Source of the DNA: Mytilus californianus
Taxonomy: Eukaryota
Assembly: GCF_021869535.1 (NCBI RefSeq)
Contig: NW_026262670.1
Location: 5,828,001 to 5,892,000, forward strand
DNA: 64,000 nucleotides
Reading direction: 5' to 3'
The position numbers and the translations under genes are program-made. The stretch's first letter is position 1. Each line of letters opens with the position of its first letter. Under the pieces are notes generated by a model. It worked only from the letters and a program-made list of their open reading frames with translations, did not search any database and had not been told where the DNA came from. Positions 25,424 through 37,045 of the stretch are shown here, one piece after another.

Positions 25424-28421
25424 CTGAAAAAGAAAAAAAAAATAACACATATCTTTTATAAATCAAGTAAAGCATTATGTGGATCAACAGATTCATTTCT
25501 CTTCTAACAGGTATTAAGACACCTTCTTTTTTTTATCAAATCACGAACGTCAAAAGAAATATTTTTTTTATAAAGTACATTATCATATTTTGGAGTTTAA
25601 ATGTATTCTAATCAAAAAAGATAATGATGGTAAATGAAAATAACTGTTAATAGATTTAGTTTTACAAAGGGTTTTTCTTGATTTACCTTCATCTGGAACG
25701 CTCAAACCCAAAAATATTCAAAGCCAGGGATAAATAAGTATGTAGAAACATTCGGAGTTTTATGTTTAAAAGCTTTAGTCAAAGATAAATCCACCACATG
25801 TGAGAGTTTTGCGCAAAACAACCTCAGTAAAACGCCTTCAAGTGTTCGGAACTTTTGCCCTTCAAATGTGTTCCAAGTTACAAAATTTTTTTGATCTATT
25901 ATTATTTTATTGTTGTCTTACATTATAACTGTACCATTAGAACTTACAATCTTTTGTATGATAAGTTAAGTATGCTTTACAAAATAAAATGTACTTTATC
26001 AATGAGATAATCACAATTTATATGTAAGAAAAGGACAGACATTAGGCCAATACGATAAGATGCAGTATATCAAAAGGAACACGACAGCAATCATGACTTG
26101 GAGACATGGCAGCATTGTATGTACACACAGCAAAACGTATTGTAACTGTCTTTAGTTCTGAAGTCCATTTAAATCTATACAAAATACACACCTAAAACTG
26201 GGCACGATTTCAAGTGGTCAAGGAAATATCATCCAATTGGAATGCTTTCAGCTTTCGATTACGACTTAATTATTTAACATTGCTCGTAGTAAATGTTGCT
26301 TAACTAAATGATTATTATTGTCAACGTTGATTCATCGTTAATTCACCGTAAACAATATAATGCATTTTAGTATCCAATTTTACATTCAGTTTTGAGTAAA
26401 AACTATACCTTTTTCTTAGTTATAAAGGACATGCGATAACAAATTAAGAAACAATTAAACAGCATGATTTAAGCTCATAAGTTAACAAAATATGGAATAC
26501 ATCAAAGAGTGACTTATAAGTTGTCAGGACACATTCATTTCATCCACTAAAAAATGAGGAACAAAAAAATTGAAAAACAAAGTGTCACACAGAATGCAAA
26601 TTATATTGTAACACATAGAAAATCAAGATAGTATACATTGATATAATTTGAGCATTGCTTTTCAAAAATTAAAAAGAGAAAAAAAATTTCATAATAGCCA
26701 AAAAGGATATTTTTAAGATGATTGTTTGGGCTAGTTGGACACATACGTCAACTACCAATATACAATTTCTTCACAGACCTTACCTAAAAATACAGGAATT
26801 ATCATAAAAACCAACCAAAGATATAAAGCTTTTGATTTGAAACACCATACGATTGGTTTTTTTTTTGTCGAAATAAGACTCATCAATTGCACTCGACTCA
26901 AAACATTTGAATAACAAATCAAATGCAAAGTTGACGAAGCTTAAAAACCTTTATTGATACCGAAAAATTATACCAAAAACGGCTTCCACATTCTCATTGT
27001 TCTCTGCCTTTAGAACCTAAGCGTCGCCAAAATTCAACATTTAATAAACAGTTATGAATAGATTTAACTGACCTTTTAATAACGGATATAGTTTAATTGT
27101 AAAAATCTTTTAAAAATAAGACGCTATATTTTATAAATGAGGTATAACATAGCACGGCTATTTTTTGAAGGCATGTCATTTGAAAAACATATTCATGAAT
27201 TACATCAAGAGCATTTCTTTATTGACATGCTTGAACAAAACTGCCAACTTAAAATTTTCTTCACCGAAGTATAGCAAAGCATCAGCGTTGCAAAAAATGT
27301 TCCTCTTCTTTAGGTCAAAGTGAACGAAAACCCACAGAACCCTGCAATACAATGACATTAATTATGCATCCATAAGACCACAATATTTTGCCAGATGTAT
27401 AAACAGCTGTACGTTTGTATTGAGAGTCATATCACTGTATTCATTTAACGATACATTCTTCATTTACTATGCATTGTAAAGATAGAAGGCATATGTATAG
27501 TTACGAATTTACAAACGACTAGCGATTTATAGTTTAAGATCTAGAGGTCAATGCGCAGCTTGGAAAATCAATTAGATCAATTTATACTCTGAGTGAATAA
27601 CACTTGATATAGGAAATGTCTTGTCTGCTACCGTAATTCTGAACGTCAATAAAATGTTAGCTGAATAAGGAAATTATGTGATGAAGTTATATTCTGTAAT
27701 TCGATTAATTAAACAAATGTAGTCTAAGTAATTTCTTGGTTACTTGGTATAAACTCTTATATGTATCTAAAATAGATACACGACTTGCAAAAATATAAAA
27801 CAAATGTCTAATTATCTATAGCCAAATGAACTATACTGAACTTTCTTTTACAAGGTGAAACAACAAATAGAATATATAATTAAAGACAAAAATGAAACGG
27901 ACGCTGATGATGGAATATATGTTATGCACTGCCATTCAGAAATTTAAATACACGCTTAACATTGTGAATACTGAAAACAAACACATTGTGGAACGCGATA
28001 TATACACATGTATAAAGTATCACACCACCTTGTACTAATGACTAGAAAAAATGTTACCCTGGAACTAATTAGTCATTTAAAAAACAAATATGGACAATGT
28101 TTATCGTTGTTAATATCATACATGTGTCCCATCGTTTCTACCTACCGTAAAAATCCTAACTAGAACATGCATTATTGTACTCACAACTAAGGGAAACCTC
28201 ACCATTGTTACCATATTTGTTATTGATTTAACTTACACAGTTTTACAAATTCTGTTACGAAATGAAATAGCTTTAATTTCGTTACAGAAATTGCAACTCT
28301 TAAATCAGGAATGATGGCAAATTCTTTATGAGAAATACTTTATGTCACAAAGATAGATTGCCAGGCGGATGGAACATCATCACACAATTAGCAGTCGTAT
28401 TGTACGAACGCATTAACTCAC

Positions 28422-28460
28422 GTATGCTGTTAAAGACAAGTAAAGGGTTGGGAGAACCAT
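28422..28460 (-). CDS. Candidate first coding exon of the GPCR (MVLPTLYLSLTAY)
   Basis: ATG at 28460, 13 open codons, then donor TAC/GTGAGT in phase 0, matching the phase-0 acceptor of the main exon, which has no Met before TM1. Confidence 0.45.
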
Positions 28461-28589
28461 TAGAAAAATCTGCTCGAGTCGATACTGCTTAAGAAGACTT
28501 GTTAGACGAAAACCGTTCTCAAACAGTAAATAGAAGTTGTTGAAAAGTCAGTGGTTTCCCCGCATGCACTGTCTAGCAGAACTCTGTGA

Positions 28590-29160
28590 AATCGTCCGAA
28601 AAGACGTTGGATATCGATACGTGCGTAATGAAGAAACGCGCACTGTCTTACGATAACTGCTTTCTTCTGTTGCATGTTACAGTTCATGCATCGAGTCAAA
28701 CTGATACTGCATATGCAGAAAAGAACATTCTAAAAAGAGTTCCTGTCGGCGGAGGGTATTTAATGGTATGAAGGTTTGTGTCATATGACTGCCATCTTGA
28801 TATTTTAACTGTAGTAGGCAACTTTAACAGTCAAAGGTACCAGAGGGATTCCTGCACTCAACTGTATTGCCTCATTTTGACAACCATCCTCTGCACACAA
28901 GACCAATATTTTTGAATCTACACGCCAGATCTCACACTTGAAAGCCAGAACGTCTATTCCATGGCCTGCCATTAGCCCAGTTTGAACCTTATTGAGCATA
29001 TCTGGGACAAATTTGGTCGTCGAGTAATTCAGTTTAGAATATCTTTGAGTTATCACAAGCTTTGCATCAGGAATGACACTGACTTCCACATCGCTGAGTT
29101 CAACATTTGATCCAAGGAATGAGAAGACGGTGATTCGTGCCAACAATGGTTACACTGACA
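28590..29160 (+). pseudogene. Degenerate Tc1/mariner (DD34E-type) transposase fragment
   Basis: VPVGGGYLMV, HFDNHPLHTRPIF, WPA.SP.LNLIEHIWDKFGRR, LIQGMRRR..IRANNGYT motifs across frames; no TIRs recognised. Confidence 0.85.
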
Positions 29161-30766
29161 GTCTTTTGTTCATGCGTTTAAGCAAATAAGACACAAACCA
29201 AGAGCACTTTTGCTAAGACACTTTGTCATCATGCTCACGTTTCAATGAAAACAAGTGTTTCACCTAAAAAGTAGAAAAAAGAGACTCGTTCCCTGTCGAC
29301 GCTCTCGGTCTTGCTCATTTGGAGTTCAGTTTTTGTAAATAAATTTATCATAGCAATACAAGCTACGTAAGCTACCTTTTTGTCTCTTCTTCTAAATCAA
29401 ATTTACGAAATACTGTTCTTCATTACAACTTTTCGGCTGGTAGATTTTAACCCTTCCCTGAAGGCATCAAAAACATATTAAATTTATGCATGATCAACAG
29501 TACTACAAAAAAAAAAAAATACCGGCTAGGACGTTGCTAGGACGTTGCCCTTTTTGTGAATTTATTATAGAGTCTGGTACTTTGGTAAATAATGTTTGCC
29601 TTTATCTTGATCTAAAAATGCAAATATTATTGTCTGATCTAAACATTAACCATTGGTGTCCTATACTTGACTGTAAAAGTTAGACTGAGTAAATTTCATT
29701 GGCGGTTGATTAATACCAAGCAGATGACGGTGTTGATCATTTTGGATTTTATCCAATTCTTTTTGTTTTGCAGTTTTACCCTAATTTCTATCGTTTAAAT
29801 GGGTTAATGAGATTACAACATCGATAAACTCCTGTTTCCCTGTAATTTATTTCGATTTATTTCTCACTACAAACAACACGAACAAGTAACATTAGTAAAA
29901 AAAAAAATTTTTTTGACTTGAATTACCATACACAATTATTGCTCTATTTACATGGAACTTTTTTTCAATGAAATTAATAACATCACTTCATTTCACACCA
30001 TAGCATATAACATATTCTGTATGCAAATACTTATAAAGTTAGGCACCATTATTGAAATCCAGATCAAAGATAGATATAATAAAACGTATACTAAGTATTC
30101 AACTAAGAAATCTCGAGAAATCACAACTTGAATTAAATGAATAGAATCATTTCAGGAAATTAGATGTGTGTAGGTGAAATGAAATAACAGGTACATTGTT
30201 TTCTAAGATTAGTTTTAGACTTCTGAGTTTTAATCGATTAATTTTAGTTTATTTCCACTCTCTTTTAGTTGATGATATTTCAATAAAAAAATTGTTCATT
30301 ATTGAAATCGTTTTGATCCATGCAGAGGTTTATTAAAAACTGCAGCTGTAATTCTAAAAAAATAATATGACAGCTGTTTATTGGTATTCTGTATCAGTGC
30401 TTACGTAGAATTTTATTAAATGTCAATGGCCATGGCAAGGAAGATATAGATGAATAACAAAAATATAGATTTGTCTGGTGTTAAACCATCAAAATACATG
30501 TTTCACATGCCACAGCCTTTTATCTTATTAATTCGAGGGATTGAAAACAGAGAAATCAAACGATTATAAAACCCGACAAAACAACTTGAAGCAGAATGTG
30601 GTTAAATAACTCAACATCTTTCTCAATGTCACTGGATTTAACGAATGGATTTTCTTATCCCAGGAATAAATAACCTTAGCCGTATTTGGTACAACTTTTT
30701 GGAATTTTGGGTCCTCAATGCTCTTCAACTTTGTACTTGTTTGGCTTTATAAATATTTTGATCTGA

Positions 30767-30810
30767 GCGTCACTGATGAGTCTTATGTAGACGAAACGCG
30801 CATATGGCGT
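30767..30810 (+). ncRNA. Minimal type I hammerhead ribozyme, stem III mismatch (G16.2 to A)
   Basis: gcgtca CTGATGA gtct tatgt agac GAAA cgcgca TA tggcgt; predicted site AUA at 30804. Confidence 0.75.
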
Positions 30811-31120
30811 TTTAAATTATAATCCTGGTACCTTTGATAACTATTTACACCACTGGGTCGATGCCACTCCTGGTGGACGTTTTTTCCCCGAGGGTATCAC
30901 CAGCCCAGTAGTCAGCACTTCGGTGTTGACAGGAATATCAATTATATGGTTATTTTTATAAATTTCCTGTTACAAAACTTTTAATTTTTCGAAAAACTAA
31001 GAATTTTCACATCCCAGGAATAGATAACCTTAGCCGTATTTGGCACAACTTTTTTGAATTTTGGGTCCTCAGTGCTCTTCAACTTTGTACTTGTTTGGCT
31101 TTATAAATATTTTGATCTGA

Positions 31121-31164
31121 GCGTCACTGATGAGTCTTATGTAGACGAAACGCGCGTATGTCGT
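31121..31164 (+). ncRNA. Minimal type I hammerhead ribozyme, intact core
   Basis: gcgtca CTGATGA gtct tatgt agac GAAA cgcgcg TA tgtcgt; palindromic acgcgcgt; GUA site at 31158; one U-U mismatch in stem I. Confidence 0.88.
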
Positions 31165-31474
31165 ATTAAATTATAATCCTGGTACCTTTGATAACTATTT
31201 ACACCACTGGGTCGATGCCACTGCTTGTGGACGTTTCGTCCCCGAGGGTATCACCAGCCCAGTAGTCAGCACTTCGGTGTTGACAGGAATATCAATTATA
31301 TGGTCATTTTTATAAATTTCCTGTTACAAAACTTTTAATTTTTCGAAAAACTAAGGATTTTCTTATCCCAGGAATAGATACCTAAGCCGTATTTGGCACA
31401 TCTTTTTTGGAATTTTGGGTCCTCAATGCTCTTCAACTTTGTACTTGTTTGGCTTTATAAATATTTTGATCTGA

Positions 31475-31518
31475 GCGTCACTGATGAGTCTTATGTAGAC
31501 GAAACGCGCGTATGTCGT
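31475..31518 (+). ncRNA. Minimal type I hammerhead ribozyme, intact core
   Basis: Identical to the HHR at 31121; GUA site at 31512. Confidence 0.88.
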
Positions 31519-34500
31519 ATTAAATTATAATCCTGGTACCTTTGATAACTATTAACCGGTGTAATGGTATGTTTTACTTTAGTGATAGATCATTAATAAA
31601 AAGAAATACAAATAAACATAAAAGATTGACATGTTTAAATTTTTTGTTTATCAATATATTGCGAACAAATAAAATCTAATCTATAACGATTTCACCTTTT
31701 AATCATAAGAAAAAAAACCCATGTAAGATGACCCAAATAAACGGTGGTCATTTTATTTACCTAGGAAACCTACCAAACAATCCTATTCTAAAATAGTTAT
31801 ACCGTAAGATTTGTTGAAAATGAGCAAATTAATAAAAATGTTTATAAACATGGAGACCAAATGCCTTTTTTATAATCAAGTTGCAACAAAATGACATGAT
31901 TTTGTATGTAACTGAAATTGATTATATCAACAGTACGTTTTGATTTTAAAAAACGGAGTAAATAATCGTCGTTGAATACATTGCGTTGTTCGGTTTTCAA
32001 GATATTTATCATATTTGTGTAGCGATTCGACAAAGCAGGGGTGCTGTTTCTTGTGGTTTCGGCTGTCGGCGTCGGCGACATGAACAATGTATTAGTTTGT
32101 GATCATGTCTTATGCTAGTTGAAAAGAAACCAATGATGGTAAGTTAATGGTTTTGCAATTGGTATGCAGTTTTAAAAACATTGGCATTGACCATGGAGGT
32201 TATTTTGGCCTGCACCTTCAGTCATGCTTCATCAACTCTGAATGTTTTGAAAAGTGTTGCCATATCAATTTCAGCACTTGCATTATACTTTCTTAATAAG
32301 AAAAAGGCGAGACATAGCTCAGGGTCAACAGTTTATATTATTTAAACATGTCCTAAATTAGTGGAGTAAATGTATAAATTCACAATAGACAAAAAAGAAG
32401 CAGAGTCGTTTTTCATCGAGCTTACGTGCAAAACACCTTTGCTAAAAATGCATATTTCATAAAAATAAGGAAATGTGGTATGATTCATATGAGACAATTT
32501 TCCATCAAAGTTCAAATAAAATGGATGTAAGCAATTGTAGGCAACCGTACGTCCTTCAACAATGAGAAAACCCCATACCTTATAGTCGGCTATAAAAGGC
32601 CCCGACCACAAAAATAAAAAACAATTCATTTGAGAAAACTAACGGCCAAATTTATATCAAAACAATTTTTTTACTTAAACCAGATGGGGATGATGTATAA
32701 TCTTTAGTGGAACAGTCACCAATCGAAGGAAAGTCTTAAAAGATAAACAAGTGTGTGCCAAAAAAGTTACAATTATGAACTGAGACTCGTTTGATGTATG
32801 AATTAAAAATATCAACAATCATATAAAGGAAAAAATAAAACCTACGTCACAACTGATAGCGGTTGCCTGATATATAAACTTGGTTATGTTAAACTATAAT
32901 TGTTTCGGACTCATCCTTTCCTCTGCTTTTATTTCACTCAGGTGCCTGACTAGAGTTTAGATAACCGTACATTACAAATTGATACTATGCAACCGTTTAA
33001 CTGTATTCAGTTGCTGTTAAAAAACAGCAAGTAAAGGTACAAGGTACACATGTTTTTCTTTTATATCTCTGTTTATTATTTACCCTGCCTCTTCTCATTA
33101 TACAATAGATGATATTTTGAGTATTCACCCCTAGCATTGGTTTTTTGACATGTACATTAGCATGCAAGTTTCTTTGACAAAGGTATGTTCTATAATTCAA
33201 CTACCTTAGATATGATAAGCAGCTATCCTAATTATAGCAATAATTTATCTAAGGAACTTATCAAACCGATGACATCTATAGTGACTATAATCAAATCAAA
33301 TTAACGATGTCATTAATTTGATTGATGTGAAAATAATAACCTAATGAAGCAATACACCGAATTAATGTATTTCACATCAGGACTTTTTTGTATGTAACTG
33401 CTTAAATTTAGTGGGCGAAACATAATCAATACTGAGTTAAATAAGCTGAATCGTTTTATAGTGTTACTGAAATGCAGATAAGTTACGGACAGAACCAGTT
33501 CCCAACATCACACAATTAAAGCTCGGTGTGCAAAAAATATGGTCAGTTATGTAAATGGACACTGACATACTACAAACGCTTTGATTTGAGTTTTTTGTTT
33601 GGTATGGTGTTGACCGTTTTTCTTGGACTAATAATTTTTCGTTGTTTCTATGGTATTTTTTGTCTTCTGTAAGTTAAAGACATTTGTCACGCATATTCAA
33701 AAGGAACGTAAATTCAGAGAAATCTGTAGCATTTCCCATGTTATAGTAAATTCCCTAAACTATACATTTTGAATCACTTAACGTGAAAAAAAAAAAATAT
33801 TTTACGATTATACAAGAAAAGAGTAAAATATCAAAAATAACGAAATCCAAGGAAAATTCAAAACAGAAAGTTCCTGATCGGATGGGAAATCAAAAGCCCA
33901 AACACATCAAACGAATGGAAAACAACTGTCAAATGCCTTTACTTGGTACAACATTTCCTTATGTAGAAAATGGTGGATGAAACTTGGTTTTATAGCTAGC
34001 TAACCTCTCACTGGTATTACAGTCGCATAAAATTCCATTATATTGACAACAATTTGTGAACAAACAAACAGACATAATAAGTAAACATGTCAAAAATTGG
34101 GGTACAGCTGTCAACATTGTGTTATATTCTTAATCACTATAAAACAAACAACTATGTCAACAAAAATAAACAAAATGGCAATTATACAAAGTACTTAGGT
34201 GGGTTGTATAAATACCGAGCAACGTAAAAAGGATTTTACCAAAGATTGACTAAACAGTGAAGGTTAATAATATTCAAAGAGAAATAAAACAACACTATAA
34301 CACGTTATAAATAACATTTACATATAGAGAAAACTCGATATTTTGTTGTTGTTATAATTCAAATTAAATTTTTAAAAGTAGACCTATCACCTTGTTTGCT
34401 GTCAATTAACTGGTTTTAAAGAATGCAGCGATACCTCTCTACGTAGGATCCTATTCCTTTACAACTTTTATCGAGGTATTTGTTGTAATCTGATAAACGG

Positions 34501-34927
34501 ATAATTTGAATCAGACATTTCGATTTCTACAACAAATATCTAGATATGATTTATCAGTATTTCTGGCTTGCACGAATTAAAATATAGCATTTTATAATAT
34601 TGCAAGACAAAATTTATTGAGTGTGCTAAAATAAACACATGGCTAAAGATGTCAAAAATAAGTTTATTTTTTTATATAGAACTGGTAATGAAGAACAGTA
34701 TCACGGATGACTACGTATTTGTAACAACTTCTGTATATAAAGTCCTATACTTTATCATCAATTGTGACTTTACTTAATGCAACTTTTCGTCAAATATTTA
34801 CTTGCCATGATTAACATTACGGGTGTCACTAGTGGTACAGGAACTAATTACCTTGCCGGTAGCACTTGAACTCACATCTGATTTTGTTTTGTCAGAGTTG
34901 ATATGTCTGGTTTTCTGTTAGATTTTA

Positions 34928-37045
34928 CAAGTAACCGGCATTTAGCTTGATCAGCCAAAAGGTATTAACGCTATTCAAATAAAAAAAAATTAATAAACAT
35001 ATGATAAAGATTGACAAAAATTAAAAATTGTTTTTAATCCATTTCAATCCATATCAAATTATTTCAATGCCAGTCAAATAGATTCCCTTGCGGTCATTCA
35101 AGTTAGTTTCAGATGTGGTTAAGCTGTGTCAAACTACACAATGTAATTGGCCACGCTCCCGTTAAACCATTTTCAAACTGGCTTTAATTCGTTTTAAACT
35201 GTGTTGAGACCCGATCTTTGTACAGGTTAATCACTCAAGCAAAACAACCCCAATGTATCTATCGTTAATTTGTTTCAAACTTTATCGATTTTAAATATAA
35301 TACTTAGTAAAGTAACATGCTTCAAAATTAAAACAAATGAATGAACAATTAATATAAGTAAATAAAGAAAAGCTTAAAAATATTGATGCATGATTTATAA
35401 AGTGCAAAAATTGTGAATCTGTTAAAAATAAAATAGTTAGATGTATAACATAATTTTAATTTGCACAAATGCAGTAGCTCTTTATCTCACATATTCGTTT
35501 CAAAGATTGCTAACTGATATGAAAACTCGTGGAATGTAAGTAACGTTTGGTCTCTTACAAATACTTGCGAAAAATTAAAAACGGGAAAGAGAATTAGAAG
35601 GTGGTAATTGCACTCATTGGCTCGACCCTAGAAGTGAAAGATGTTTTTAAAAACTCATTAGAAAATAAATAGATTGAAATAAATTTGTTAGGTGAAATGG
35701 TCACTCAAATTTCTGTCTAAATTTGTCCTTATTATATGCGTAGAATTACAGTTTTCCTGCGACTCTTTTCACAAAAACTCTTACGATTAAAATTGATCGT
35801 AAGTTATACTGAAATGTGTATGACTTACGAGTAATTTTACTCTTAAGATTTTTTTGTGAAAAGAGCCGCTGTATATTTACCTTTTCTCTTTTTTTCTGTT
35901 TTCCTTTATTGTACTCGTTATTTTTATATAGACACACACGTAAAAGGAACAGTAATTATTCATTGTGTACATAAGTTGAATCGATGCATCTTATATTTTC
36001 TGTAAAAAAAAGCATTTGCAGTCATACCGACATTTAAAATAGCTTATAATTAAAAACTATGTTTTGTTAAATAATGAAATTGATATTGATAATGCTGACA
36101 TTTGTTGAATTCATTTAGTAAACAGTTTAGTCTTGCTAAAAATTGTAAATAAAGCAACAGCTCAATGAACTTTTAAAACTGTGTAAATTGTAATACCGGT
36201 CACTGGTGCAAAACATGCGTTAATTGTGGGAAAGCAGCACATGTCAAACGAAAATTGAATCGTGGTTACTAAGGAATTATCGTGCTGTCCGCACGTTAAA
36301 TAATTCTTGCAAGAAATGAACATGGATTCTATGAAAATATGACATAAATTTCAGGCTGCGATAATGATGGGTGGGTTTAACGACCTTGACTGGCCATTAA
36401 GCCCTCGCACGGTCGGCCCTGGCTTACGCCTTTTAGTGCATTTAAAAAAACGTATGTTAACGTTTGCGGCATTTAATATAATTATACAGACCAAAAGTTA
36501 ACATAAACATTGTAAAACAAGAATAGAAATCAAACATTTCCGCAATGTTTCTGTCATATAATTTTATTAACTATGTTTTAGCGGTAATAACTAAATAAAA
36601 ATTAATTGGCTGTTCTAAATAAAATATTTCATCTAGGTGCTCTCATTGAAGTCCGCGTTACATATTCAAATGAATTTCATTGGTCGGAACGTTTGCAAAC
36701 TTTCAATCCATGTGTTCTCATTGAAGTCCGCGTTCATGTTTCAATAGGATACCAGAAGATAGACAATATTGTAAATTTTTCAATCCGTTTTTTTCTACGA
36801 TGCCCACGTTAACAAAAACAGAGACGTCTCTGACAAAAAATGTTTAGAAAAATAACACTTTTATGATTCTTCCCACACAAAAAAAAACTGTCATTTTCGC
36901 AAAGCATAATTACTTTCTACTATTCTACTTTCTATTGACGAACAATACTACTTTATTAGAATAAAATTCAAGCATACAAAAGCCTGTTGAATTCGTCACA
37001 AATAAATGGTCGATTTCAATGTATACTTTTATTACAATAAAGACT
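34928..37045 (-). repeat. About 2.1-kb uncharacterised non-coding repeat, inverted relative to 50383-52282
   Basis: Colinear reverse-complement match along its length (e.g. gtaaccggcatttagcttgatcagcc; gtaataccggtcactggtgcaaaac; ttgaagtccgcgtt twice); roughly 80% identity by eye; partial third copy at about 39310-39485. Confidence 0.85.

Larger units (their letters stand above)
30647..31553 (+). mobile_element. Non-LTR retrozyme-type tandem array: about 2.5 units of 354 bp, one hammerhead ribozyme per unit
   Basis: Exact 354-bp period (CTGATGA at 30773, 31127, 31481); each followed by stem II gtct/agac, GAAA and a palindromic stem III. Confidence 0.92.

Noticed and set aside
25095-25427. 110-aa plus-strand ORF
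   Set aside because: Antisense shadow of the GPCR exon.
25424-25450. ORF-track start MCYFFFLFQ for the GPCR
   Set aside because: These codons are the polypyrimidine tract and CAG of an intron acceptor.
27200-27345. Possible minus-strand internal exon within the GPCR intron
   Set aside because: An acceptor is present, but the phase-0 frame has an early stop, there is no convincing donor and no homology.
31225-31256. Possible antisense hammerhead in the retrozyme unit (CUGGUGA...GACGAAACGUC)
   Set aside because: A6 is not conserved, the base of stem II is unpaired and stem I does not form; gctggtg/caccagc pairing explains the sequence better.
31842-32087. NDDYLLRFLKSK resembling a CRAL-TRIO N-terminal motif
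   Set aside because: Isolated 10-residue match with no splice support or further exons; it adjoins repeat-like gtcggcgtcggc sequence.
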